Positions 37,532 to 46,482 of a DNA stretch of 64,000 bases are shown here, one piece after another. The position numbers were made by a program, and so were the translations under genes. The DNA comes from Candidatus Saccharimonadales bacterium (GTDB lineage Bacteria > Patescibacteriota > Saccharimonadia > Saccharimonadales > JAXHNE01). The stretch lies in assembly GCA_041600755.1 (NCBI GenBank), contig JBFIJL010000003.1, forward strand, positions 36,678 through 100,677, read 5' to 3'. The notes below the pieces were generated by a model that made no database searches, had not been told where the DNA came from, and saw only the letters and a program-made list of their open reading frames with translations. How positions within the stretch are numbered: position 1 is the first letter of the stretch; every line of letters begins with the position of its first letter.

Positions 37532-38704
37532 ATGATCATACTACGGAAAATTCTACTCTCCCTTAATGCTTGGGCCTTCCGCTTTTTGCTGTTTGCATTC
37601 GTGTTTGCAACTGCAACTATTGCTGCATTTTCAAATCCTCAAACACTTAAATCTACACTAGTTGAAGCAAACTCATACCAGAATTTTGTCGATGCCACTA
37701 TTCAGGAAAATATCAAAAATAATGAGCAAACGAGTTTGGATTTTTCTGACCCTCGTGTGCAGCAAATAATCAACAATAACTTCCCACCAGCCGATCTACA
37801 GAAAAAATCTGAACACGTCATTGATGCATTCTACGACTGGATTGATGGACGCGCTCCTGAGCCAGTCTTTTCTGTCGACTTTACTAGCAATATCGATTCA
37901 CTGGCACGTGACCTAGGGAGCTATGGTGCAGTGCGCTTATCAGAACAGCCGGAGTGCACGACAATACCCGAATCCTTGAACCCGTTCACGGCCACCTGCC
38001 TACCTCCGACCCTCAACCTCGCGAATGAAATATCAAAACTAGAAGGGGCAATAAAACAAGAAGGGGCAATCCTGCCTCAAAAAACATACACAGAAGCTGA
38101 TTTACCAAAAAATGATAAAAACCTGTCTATTGCAGAGGCCTACCCTAATGCTCCGGTTTGGGTAAGTTGGCTGAGGCTTGCTCCTTGGATAATCGGATTA
38201 CTGACGGCACTAAGCGGAGTCGTTCTCATCGCTTACAGCACAATCAGACGACGCGCCATCAGAATTCTTGGTATGACAACATTTACGAATGGGGTATTCC
38301 TGTGCCTTTCGCCACTGTTCTTCACATATATATTTCCACTCATTACAGACAAATTCAACAGTGGCTTTAGTGGCGGAGAGCATGGCACTGAAGCGTTGTT
38401 TAGCGAAATTGTTTCGCGCATATCAATACTACTTAACACATATCTAATAGTGGTGGGCTTCCTGGTTGCAGCAACAGGCTTGGCTATCGTCCTTCTTGAA
38501 CGTGCATCACGCCCACGTTTTAAATACGCCAGGCTCGAACGCCGAAGTGGCGTCATTAGTGCAGAAGGAAAGCGCAGAAATAATGGCAGATTCAGGCTTG
38601 ACCCGGCAAAAGTACCCCTGCAATCAAGTGAAATCAGCACCACTAAAAAACCAAACAAGAAACCAAACAAGAAATATCGTAAACTATACAAAAAAGGATG
38701 GTGA
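37532..38704 (+). CDS. hypothetical membrane protein with large ectodomain and basic KPNK-repeat tail
   Basis: 390 aa. N-terminal TM, about 170-aa loop, 4 further TM helices, and a C-terminal tail of KKPNKKPNKKYRKLYKKGW. Confidence 0.5.
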   Translation: MIILRKILLSLNAWAFRFLLFAFVFATATIAAFSNPQTLKSTLVEANSYQNFVDATIQENIKNNEQTSLDFSDPRVQQIINNNFPPADLQKKSEHVIDAFYDWIDGRAPEPVFSVDFTSNIDSLARDLGSYGAVRLSEQPECTTIPESLNPFTATCLPPTLNLANEISKLEGAIKQEGAILPQKTYTEADLPKNDKNLSIAEAYPNAPVWVSWLRLAPWIIGLLTALSGVVLIAYSTIRRRAIRILGMTTFTNGVFLCLSPLFFTYIFPLITDKFNSGFSGGEHGTEALFSEIVSRISILLNTYLIVVGFLVAATGLAIVLLERASRPRFKYARLERRSGVISAEGKRRNNGRFRLDPAKVPLQSSEISTTKKPNKKPNKKYRKLYKKGW

Positions 38705-38708
38705 GATT

Positions 38709-39353
38709 ATGAAGATTGGAATTATTGGATCCGGAAATGTTGCTCAGGCACTCGGCAAAGGCTTAGTTGCGGCCGGACACGACGTCATGCTTGGCACCCG
38801 CAATCAAACAAAGCGCAAGCTCGCGCCATGGCGAAAAAAAGATAACACACACGCATTAATCGGAAACGTTACACAAGCAGCCAGCTTTGGAGAAATTGCC
38901 ATTATCGCAGTCGCCTGGCACGCTGCCGAGGATGTTTTGACTCAGGTGCGGCCAGAACTTGCAGGAAAAATTGTTATAGACGTAACTAATCCGATCGAAT
39001 TTGAAGATGATGAGCCCCCGGTCCTTACAGTCGGTCACTCAATGAGCGGCGGCGAGATAGTGCAACAAAGCCTGCCAGACAGCCATGTTGTTAAAACTCT
39101 CAATTACGTAAGCTACCAGAACATGGTCCAGCCAAAATATGAAGAAGGCATACCAATTATGTTCGTGTGCGGAAACAACGATTCCGCGAAAGTTCATGTG
39201 CATGACTTGCTCGAAGAGCTTGGCTGGAAAGACCTAATCGACATCGGTGGGATCGAAAAAAGTCGGCTTCTGGAACCGCTCAGTCTCTTATGGATTGAAT
39301 ACGGTGTGAAGCGCGACACATGGAAGCATGCATTTTCGGTGCTGCTTAAGTAG
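38709..39353 (+). CDS. NADP-dependent oxidoreductase (NpdG / F420-dependent NADP reductase-like fold)
   Basis: 214 aa. N-terminal MKIGIIGSGNVAQALGKGLVAAGHDVMLGTRN Rossmann motif. SD AAGGATGG. The track start at 38466 overlaps the upstream gene. Confidence 0.65.
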   Translation: MKIGIIGSGNVAQALGKGLVAAGHDVMLGTRNQTKRKLAPWRKKDNTHALIGNVTQAASFGEIAIIAVAWHAAEDVLTQVRPELAGKIVIDVTNPIEFEDDEPPVLTVGHSMSGGEIVQQSLPDSHVVKTLNYVSYQNMVQPKYEEGIPIMFVCGNNDSAKVHVHDLLEELGWKDLIDIGGIEKSRLLEPLSLLWIEYGVKRDTWKHAFSVLLK

Positions 39354-39400
39354 TTATTTAAAGATATCGGTCTGGCTACGCTACTGTCGCTGCACTGAAC

Positions 39401-40039
39401 TTAGTAGCTTGAGCCAAAAATTCCTTGCACGAAAACAAATGCAATGTACAGCCATATAGCTACAACCAGTAGACTGAACGCATAAGTGACGAGATTCACC
39501 ACTGAAAATACATAGTAGACTTCGTTAAATCCATTGATAACCAATGGCGCAAAAAACACAAATAAGACATAGACAGTCCCTGCAAGACAAGCATAAAGGA
39601 TAGTATTTTTTAGAGAGTAGATGATCATGTCTATCAATATCTGTTTTCTGGCATAGTGACGAGGGTGAAGATAGTGCGATGCGATGTCCACATCATTCTT
39701 TACTTCCTTTGCGACCCGAATAAATGAACTGGTAGTTGAATACACTAGCACCCCAATGAATCCCCAAAAAGCAAGCACTACAGCATTTGGGGCAAACGAA
39801 AATGCGTCTAAAAGAGATAACGCATTTTGAAAATAACCACCAACTATTTGAATAATCGTTTCTGAGCTATCGTCCACCCCGCCCCCCTTAATAAGGTCGT
39901 CAGTGAGCTTTCTTGCATTTCCTAAAATAGAAATGAATAGAGTCAGCGCGAACAACATTATGGTCTCAGTGAGAGTTGGCGTAAGTCGATCTTTTATTTC
40001 ATGTTTCATGTATTTTTTCCTAATTCTAGTGTAACGCAT
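39401..40039 (-). CDS. hypothetical polytopic membrane protein
   Basis: 212 aa, 4-5 TM helices. An alternative start at ATG 40009 is preceded by AGGA. No motif. Confidence 0.45.
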   Translation of the reverse strand: MRYTRIRKKYMKHEIKDRLTPTLTETIMLFALTLFISILGNARKLTDDLIKGGGVDDSSETIIQIVGGYFQNALSLLDAFSFAPNAVVLAFWGFIGVLVYSTTSSFIRVAKEVKNDVDIASHYLHPRHYARKQILIDMIIYSLKNTILYACLAGTVYVLFVFFAPLVINGFNEVYYVFSVVNLVTYAFSLLVVAIWLYIAFVFVQGIFGSSY

Positions 40040-40105
40040 TGCCAGTTAATTCTGAATTAAACGATGCAACAAAATGCTTATGCATAAAAATATTATGACC
40101 AAAAA

Positions 40106-40134
40106 ATGACAAATTTCATATTCTTGGTTATAGT
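40106..40134 (+). promoter_or_regulatory. candidate sigma70-type promoter of the surface-protein locus
   Basis: ATGACA (40106-40111), 17-nt spacer, TATAGT (40129-40134), then SD AAAGGAGAG and the ATG at 40159. Confidence 0.35.
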
Positions 40135-40158
40135 TAATGTCAACTAAAGGAGAGTTAT

Positions 40159-42825
40159 ATGTCAGCAGGCGAATTTCGCACAGTTTACGAATATGGAAAA
40201 AAACTAGCAACTACGGTCTTACTAAGTTCAGCTTTGGTACTAACACCACTTACTGGGATCTTGGGCAATACATTTGGAGGATCTGCTGAGGCAGCAGTAA
40301 CCCACACATTGTTCTTTGACGATTTCGAGTCAGGTGATTTTTCAAACTGGGATAACAACGGTATCGATTGGAGCGTACTCGCTACAGACAGCGCATCAGC
40401 TGGAACTCATCATGCGCGTGGCCACGATGCCGACGACAACAATCTCTACCATTTCTTAATTAAAAACATCGATACTACTGGGTACGAAAACATCGAAGTG
40501 AGTTTTTCTTACAAGCGTTCAGGCTTAGAAGAAACTGACTTTGCTCGCTTATCCTACAACGCAGGAACGTCCTATATTCTTCATGATTTTTATGGAGAAA
40601 CAGGAACTGGGGACGATGACACGACCTGGCAATCGTTTTCTGGTGGACTTGGTGCTGTTGCCGACAACGCAGCAAACGTAAGCCTCACCATTTCAATAGA
40701 CGCGGCTGACAGCGAGTACTTCAGAGTTGATGATTTTAAGGTCACTGGCGAACTTATTGGCGCCACAACAGACACAACCGATCCAAGTTCATCAATAATA
40801 ACGCCAGAGCACGATGCTGTGGTTTTGACTGGTGCTTCAATCACGAATTTCACCTCCGTAGTTAGTGACGAAACGTCGGCAAACGAAGACCTCTCTGTTG
40901 TGCATTCATTCAATCCAGACCGCCCAGGATTGGTCACGCTATCAACCGTGATTTATAATCCTTCCGCAACAGGCATAAACTCCTCGCCTATGTCGGGAAC
41001 GACGCTAGCTTCTCTTACTGGCATGATCCCAGGCGACACCTTCTCGTGGAAGGTTACTGTACTTGACGAAGCTGGAAATGCTAGCGTTGACACAAAATAT
41101 GACCTGGTCTTTAGAGACCCTGTAGCCCGAAATATTCAAGACAACATCTATTTTGCCACCATCCAAGAAGCCATAGATGCAGCGACTACAGGAGCAGGAG
41201 AAACAATAGAGCTTTTGTCTGACGTTACGATTGACTCGCAAATCACTATAGATAAAGATATTCAGCTAGAGGGCAACGGCCACACAATACATGGGGCATT
41301 TACTAAATCAAGCAATAGCAACAATGCGATCATTGGAGTCATTGGCACGGACGGTGTAACCATACAGAACCTTGTGCTTGATGGCGTTTCAGGAGCCAGT
41401 CTGCACGGCATCAACTTTTACGAAGCGTCTCATTCAACCATTTCAAATATTACAGTTGCCGACAACGACAATGCGGGAATTATTGTTAATGGCTCGAACG
41501 TAGTTGCCGACAATCTAACAACAATCGGCAATGGCTGGTATGGAGTTGGCATCGATCAAGGCACAGGAGTAACAACACCTACAGTTTTTACAGCACAAAA
41601 TACGTCAAGTCATGATGAACTTGCGCACGTGAAAATTGACGACAAAACCAAAGATGTCCAATTTAACGATGACGACAATCAGTACGAACTTGTTTTCGAT
41701 GCGAATAATGTACAAGTCTACAATCTGATTACTCCTCAGCCAGAAGCTTGCATATCAACAAGCACCTTTGATGACTTCACTCTTGGAAGCGTGAATGGGC
41801 AGTCTGGCTGGAGCTCAACAGGTCCATATGATCAAGAAATTGTTGACAACATATACGGCTACACAGCGTTTGGGTGTAAGTCACTTCGAATTTCAAACGC
41901 GACAACTCAAGGTTCGTTTGGCGACCAAACATTCTCAGCATCTGTAGCAAATGAAGCTGGAGAAACTGATGCAGAAAACAATGGCCTTTCTGGCGGCGAG
42001 CGCAAAGATACATTTACTGCAACTTGGAGCTTTGCAAGCACAACTCCAACTGAATACCAACCAGGCCTACAAGTCACAGCGAGCCCAGATCGTGGTGATG
42101 GCGCACGCATGAGCTACATTCAGATGGTTGACCAAGCAGATGGACTTGCAGTTAACTTCTACGATTACCAGACAGGCGCATCGCCAAATAAGTTTGTACT
42201 CACGCAAATTGTTCATGGTCTAGACCGAAGCGTCCCTCATCAGATCATGGTTGTCATGAATTTCGTTGACGGACCCTCGAATGACGTCGTCAAAGTCTAC
42301 GTCGATGGCGTACTTATGCACACTGGAACAAGCTGGGAAGATTACTTCCGGGAGGTAGAAGAAACAGAGAGCCGTACCGTTGACTCAATATTATTCCGAG
42401 CTGCTGGCACCGCTGCACCTGTACTCGATGGCAAAGGCTTTTTGATCGACAACCTCTCTATCACAACTAGCAACATTGCCGACTCCACACCAACAACACC
42501 CGTGACGCCCACATCACCCGTCACAACACCCGTAGTTGCACAGACCTCTACCAGCGTATTGACCTCACTATTGAACGGAAATCAAGCTGGAAGCGGCGCA
42601 GTACTTGCTTCGACCACCAACAGCGAGCCCGCACAACCAAATGAAGCCGAAGAAAATGCAAGCGATGTACTAGCTACGAACACCGACGAAGATGCAAACA
42701 ATGACAGTGATTCGGAAGGCTGCTTTGAGATTTTTGGTATCTGCTGGTACTGGTGGATCGTTCCCCTTGTTGCGATTTTGCTGTATCTTTACTACCGCGC
42801 TAGAAAAGAAGCTGACGAAGAATAA
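40159..42825 (+). CDS. large secreted surface protein: two jelly-roll/LamG-like domains flanking a parallel beta-helix, with C-terminal Cys-motif TM anchor
   Basis: 888 aa. N-terminal signal/anchor. FFDDFESGDFSNW...FRVDDFKVTG and FDDFTLGSVNG...FLIDNLSITT lectin-like modules. Beta-helix-like repeats (IELLSDVTIDSQITIDKDIQLEGNGHTIHG). TP-rich linker. C-terminus reads CFEIFGICWYWWIVPLVAILLYLYYRARKEADEE. Confidence 0.6.
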   Translation: MSAGEFRTVYEYGKKLATTVLLSSALVLTPLTGILGNTFGGSAEAAVTHTLFFDDFESGDFSNWDNNGIDWSVLATDSASAGTHHARGHDADDNNLYHFLIKNIDTTGYENIEVSFSYKRSGLEETDFARLSYNAGTSYILHDFYGETGTGDDDTTWQSFSGGLGAVADNAANVSLTISIDAADSEYFRVDDFKVTGELIGATTDTTDPSSSIITPEHDAVVLTGASITNFTSVVSDETSANEDLSVVHSFNPDRPGLVTLSTVIYNPSATGINSSPMSGTTLASLTGMIPGDTFSWKVTVLDEAGNASVDTKYDLVFRDPVARNIQDNIYFATIQEAIDAATTGAGETIELLSDVTIDSQITIDKDIQLEGNGHTIHGAFTKSSNSNNAIIGVIGTDGVTIQNLVLDGVSGASLHGINFYEASHSTISNITVADNDNAGIIVNGSNVVADNLTTIGNGWYGVGIDQGTGVTTPTVFTAQNTSSHDELAHVKIDDKTKDVQFNDDDNQYELVFDANNVQVYNLITPQPEACISTSTFDDFTLGSVNGQSGWSSTGPYDQEIVDNIYGYTAFGCKSLRISNATTQGSFGDQTFSASVANEAGETDAENNGLSGGERKDTFTATWSFASTTPTEYQPGLQVTASPDRGDGARMSYIQMVDQADGLAVNFYDYQTGASPNKFVLTQIVHGLDRSVPHQIMVVMNFVDGPSNDVVKVYVDGVLMHTGTSWEDYFREVEETESRTVDSILFRAAGTAAPVLDGKGFLIDNLSITTSNIADSTPTTPVTPTSPVTTPVVAQTSTSVLTSLLNGNQAGSGAVLASTTNSEPAQPNEAEENASDVLATNTDEDANNDSDSEGCFEIFGICWYWWIVPLVAILLYLYYRARKEADEE

Positions 42826-42870
42826 ACCGCAACCGTTGCCAAAATTACCACTAAAATGGTAAAATAGTCC

Positions 42871-44718
42871 TTGAAATGGGAGCTTCACCGTGTCGTTGGC
42901 TATTGGCAAATAACCAGACAATCTGTCTGGTTATTTGCTTTATTTCTTGCTGGACTTTATGCTTTCAGCTTCACATCTATTGCTCTAGCCAATAGTGGAA
43001 CTGTTATGAACGAAAGAACAGGTGGAGTGTTTTCATCTATAGAAGAAGCCCTTCACGACAACAGTCTCCAATCTGGTGACATTATTATTGCTGGTCCTGG
43101 AACTTATGAACCACTGAATTACGACGGCTTACTGCCGAATAATATAACTATAAAAGCTAGTGCGGCTGGGTCTGCACATATTCCCTATATTTCACTCTCT
43201 GGGAGCACTTTTAACGGGTTGACTATTGAGGGATTTTCTTTTATGGGCACTTCCGCACTTCCCGGAGACGCCCAACTCTCTGTCCTTTCTTCTGGAAACT
43301 ATCAAGGACTTCAAGTAAAAAACAATATATTCGACGGCAAGCAAAGTGCCGTACGTGCCATAGCTACAACACAACCGATTGTCAATCTCACAATAGACAA
43401 CAACCAACTTTTTGGTTTTCGTGAAAGAACTAGCGAACCCTATCTATACTCTGTAATCATGGCTAGTAGTGCAAGCAGTACTACTAATAGATTCACAGCA
43501 CGCAATAATAGCCTCGCCGATTCTACGCTCCCTTCCTTTATTGAGTCTTTCGGCTACAGGAACGTGCTAATTGACGCAAACTCAGTCGACGCACAGGCAG
43601 GTCAAATATTAGTATGGTCTGGTCAGAGCGCAATACTTGAATCTGTCATCATTTCAAACAACACCATTAATACAGTTGGCGACTACGGCTTGGCAATATT
43701 TGGAAACACAGAAACTCTCAATTCAATTATTGGCAATCAGGTTAGTGGTCAGACAGTTTGTATAATTGCACCGCTCGTGCAAAAAATTAGTATCGAACGC
43801 AATGATTTGTCGAACTGTAAAAGTCTTGGAATTATGCTCTCATCTTCCCTACCTGGTTTCTTCGATACTGAGCTACTAGAGGCGTCAATCATGCACAACA
43901 CGATGACTAATTCGCCTGGCGGCATCAGTAGCAGCAACCAACTGTATATTTCTGGCTGCGTGAACACCTTTAATTCTGTCGATACTCATTTTCTCGGCAA
44001 CGTAGATTGCTTAGATACAGTTGGCCCGACGTTCACAAATGCCACTTTCAAAAACCAATACAACGAGCAAATTATAACTGCGAGTCCAGGTCAGCTTATT
44101 ACAATTGAGATCGAAATAGATGACCCATCAACTGTCATAAGTCCAACTGTCCAACTCCTGGCACCTGGCGGCATCGACATAACCTCCCAACTTACGCTAA
44201 CCGCGGAAGCAAACATATATAGTGCGCACTTCACCGCGCCGACTATTTCAAATCAATCAACAAGCGATAAAAGTGTCGTTACACTAGCATTTACGCTGAC
44301 CGCTACTGATTTTGTTGGAAATACTGGAACAAGCCAAGCTAGCCTACCGTTGTTCTCATTCATCGAGCCGCTAGACTCGAACCCTAACCAAACCGAAGGC
44401 CAAAACGCACGAGGCACATCCAGTGATGACACCGGACTACAGCAACCAACAAGCAGCAGAACGACATCTCCGATAGAAAACACCAACACTTCAACTAACT
44501 CAGAATCCAGTGAAGTACTTGCAGCACAAGATAGCCGCAACCCTGACTTTTCAGACTCAGACGTCAGAGGTTATAATTCAAGCACCGCCGATGATGAAAA
44601 AACCAGGTCATGCACGAATGCATTTGGAGTATGCAAAAACCTACTCCTCGGATTTGTTGGCCTTGCTTCACTTATAGGCCTTGTTGTTGCAGTGGCAAGA
44701 CGCGGATCAACAAACTAA
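42871..44718 (+). CDS. secreted parallel beta-helix repeat surface protein with C-terminal Cys-motif TM anchor
   Basis: 615 aa. Signal peptide ends ..SIALA|NSG. Repeated NNxhxG beta-helix turns (NNIFDG, NNQLFG, RNNSLAD, SNNTIN, IGNQVSG, ERNDLSN, MHNTMTN). C-terminus reads CTNAFGVCKNLLLGFVGLASLIGLVVAVARRGSTN. The only in-frame start upstream of the signal peptide is TTG 42871, with no SD, so the start is uncertain. Confidence 0.55.
   Translation: MKWELHRVVGYWQITRQSVWLFALFLAGLYAFSFTSIALANSGTVMNERTGGVFSSIEEALHDNSLQSGDIIIAGPGTYEPLNYDGLLPNNITIKASAAGSAHIPYISLSGSTFNGLTIEGFSFMGTSALPGDAQLSVLSSGNYQGLQVKNNIFDGKQSAVRAIATTQPIVNLTIDNNQLFGFRERTSEPYLYSVIMASSASSTTNRFTARNNSLADSTLPSFIESFGYRNVLIDANSVDAQAGQILVWSGQSAILESVIISNNTINTVGDYGLAIFGNTETLNSIIGNQVSGQTVCIIAPLVQKISIERNDLSNCKSLGIMLSSSLPGFFDTELLEASIMHNTMTNSPGGISSSNQLYISGCVNTFNSVDTHFLGNVDCLDTVGPTFTNATFKNQYNEQIITASPGQLITIEIEIDDPSTVISPTVQLLAPGGIDITSQLTLTAEANIYSAHFTAPTISNQSTSDKSVVTLAFTLTATDFVGNTGTSQASLPLFSFIEPLDSNPNQTEGQNARGTSSDDTGLQQPTSSRTTSPIENTNTSTNSESSEVLAAQDSRNPDFSDSDVRGYNSSTADDEKTRSCTNAFGVCKNLLLGFVGLASLIGLVVAVARRGSTN
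42906..42948 (+). terminator. perfect 15-bp hairpin plus U-rich tract (intrinsic-terminator-like)
   Basis: GCAAATAACCAGACA-ATC-TGTCTGGTTATTTGC (42906-42938) followed by TTTATTTCTT. Lies 80 nt after the stop of the 888-aa gene and inside the 5' codons of the next ORF. Confidence 0.6.
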
Positions 44719-45745
44719 TTACATTGGTCGAACTCTCGGGTACAATAAGCATGTGCACTATCAAGACGACAACAACCATATACACAATAAAGTCTGGACT
44801 GAATCAGAACTTCACACTCACTTGAGAGAGCTTTTTGCAGGCAATGACCTACTCCTGCCTGATGACGAGTTTTATGGCAACAAGCGGAATAAGGATGCCC
44901 TAGAACAGATGCTGCGCGTCATAAAAGGGCAATTAAAACTGCGAAAAACAGTGAATTTGCAGCTATCGCATAATGTTGCATTTCCTGGCCTCTGTACAAA
45001 GCACGAAAAAACCTACACCATAACTTTGCCGGCCCATCTGGTCGCCAAGCCGATGGTGGCGGCTGCGGCAATATCTCACCTAGCTACTCACATTTTATTA
45101 GAATCAAAAAGCATTACACATCGAGACAAAACACAAAATGAAACACTCATCACCTACGCCGTCGTCGAATCTGGTCTTGGAGTTGTGCTACTGAACGGAC
45201 TGAGGCCTGGTGGATGGAGATCACTTTTACCGCGGCATGATCATACTCAGCTTCTGGGGTCGTTGCAATATTCTGCCTACCTCCAACTACTTGAAACCGC
45301 TTTTCGGCTTCAGTCATTGAAAGTCCAAAAACAACTCCCGAAGCATATTGTATATTGGGAGCTTTCAGCGCTAAATATGAAGAAGCCAAAGAGGCGGCAG
45401 CTCCTTGTTTTTAAGCGTGCAGCACAGTTTCACGCGCGATCGTTAAGGGGTTTCGTGATCTTCATACTTCTTGGTACGGCGCTAGCAAGTTCTGCAATTG
45501 CTCTCGGGCTGCGAAAGCCAGCTTATCTCAGTCCATCAATTGCCGATAAGCGGCAGGCTGCCGACTCACTAAGACTTGCCTATGACGGCTGCATTGAGAG
45601 GTTGCGATTATTTGAAACTGCCATCCCTCAAGACGATCTTGCTGCTGCTCGATTAGCTTCGGCCGAAACGGTCAAATGCAAAAGCCTGCAGAATCGCTAC
45701 AATGCCGCCGCGCGCGAATACAATGCCGCGCTTCAAAACCTCTGA
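44681..45745 (+). CDS. hypothetical single-pass membrane protein
   Basis: Up to 354 aa. One TM (FVIFILLGTALASSAIALGL) and a helical C-terminal domain. The track start is TTG and overlaps the upstream gene. GTG 44753 is an alternative. The 3' end overlaps sodX convergently by 13 nt. Confidence 0.4.
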   Translation: MLLQWQDADQQTNYIGRTLGYNKHVHYQDDNNHIHNKVWTESELHTHLRELFAGNDLLLPDDEFYGNKRNKDALEQMLRVIKGQLKLRKTVNLQLSHNVAFPGLCTKHEKTYTITLPAHLVAKPMVAAAAISHLATHILLESKSITHRDKTQNETLITYAVVESGLGVVLLNGLRPGGWRSLLPRHDHTQLLGSLQYSAYLQLLETAFRLQSLKVQKQLPKHIVYWELSALNMKKPKRRQLLVFKRAAQFHARSLRGFVIFILLGTALASSAIALGLRKPAYLSPSIADKRQAADSLRLAYDGCIERLRLFETAIPQDDLAAARLASAETVKCKSLQNRYNAAAREYNAALQNL

Positions 45746-46077
45746 CGCACTCTAGGCCACAACAGCACCCCCTGCACTTGATTGATATTGATTGCGCCCC
45801 AGTTGCGGCTATCGGTGCTCTGCTCTTGATTGTCGCCCAGTACAAACAATGATTCTTTTTCCATATGATTAACTCTTTTTACTTTATCTAGATCGTCATG
45901 CTGAAACTGGATCACCGATCCAACTTGTGGCTTCACGAAACTACAAAAAACAACAATTTGACCCGAAAAAAGAGTTGGCTCCATACTTGAGCCAGACACT
46001 CTACGCACATAAAATGGCCAGCGCACCAAACTACGCCGCTTGGCCTTCCATGTTCTTTTTAATTGCTGAGTAGTCAT
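45733..46077 (-). CDS. sodX: S26-family peptidase, NiSOD maturation protease SodX-like
   Basis: Signal-peptidase motifs GSSMEPTL (Ser), VKRV (Lys) and GDNQEQSTDSRNWG. Immediately downstream of sodN. The start is uncertain: ATG 46077 or 46119, and both overlap the sodN 3' end. Confidence 0.7.
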   Translation of the reverse strand: MTTQQLKRTWKAKRRSLVRWPFYVRRVSGSSMEPTLFSGQIVVFCSFVKPQVGSVIQFQHDDLDKVKRVNHMEKESLFVLGDNQEQSTDSRNWGAININQVQGVLLWPRVRQRF

Positions 46078-46456
46078 ACCCGGGCTTTGTATTGGCAAAG
46101 ACTTCACCAACTTCATCAATCAAGTCAATAAGCTTCTGGGCGTCCTCAACCTTGTCGGTTTTTTTAGCTTCTCCAGCCGCCTTGGTTGCTCGCCAAATTA
46201 AATCATGAAGTCCTGGATGCGCCTCTAGGTGTTCTGGCTTAAAGTAGTCAGTCCATAATACCCATAGGTGTTCTTTAACTAACTCTGCGCGTTTTTCCTT
46301 GATAGACAGTGCTCGCTGCTTGAAAACTTCATCATTTGTTGCGTGATACTTCTTGACCGCATTGTAAACAGATTGGGCTTCAATCCGTGCCTGAGCCGGG
46401 TCATACACCCCGCACATCAAATCACAGTGAGCATATACAGCTTTAATCTTAAACAT
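46031..46456 (-). CDS. sodN: nickel-dependent superoxide dismutase precursor
   Basis: 141 aa. Propeptide MFKIKAVYA followed by the Ni-hook HCDLMCGVYDPAQARIEAQSV. Strong SD AAAGGAGGG. Confidence 0.9.
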   Translation of the reverse strand: MFKIKAVYAHCDLMCGVYDPAQARIEAQSVYNAVKKYHATNDEVFKQRALSIKEKRAELVKEHLWVLWTDYFKPEHLEAHPGLHDLIWRATKAAGEAKKTDKVEDAQKLIDLIDEVGEVFANTKPGYDYSAIKKNMEGQAA

Positions 46457-46482
46457 AAACCCTCCTTTACTTTCAACTATCC

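Noticed and set aside
38649-38672. Perfect 12-bp tandem duplication AACCAAACAAGA x2 encoding KPNK-KPNK
   Set aside because: It is an in-frame expansion of an already basic low-complexity tail, so it is likely neutral slippage. It is noted only because it resembles the duplication in marR.
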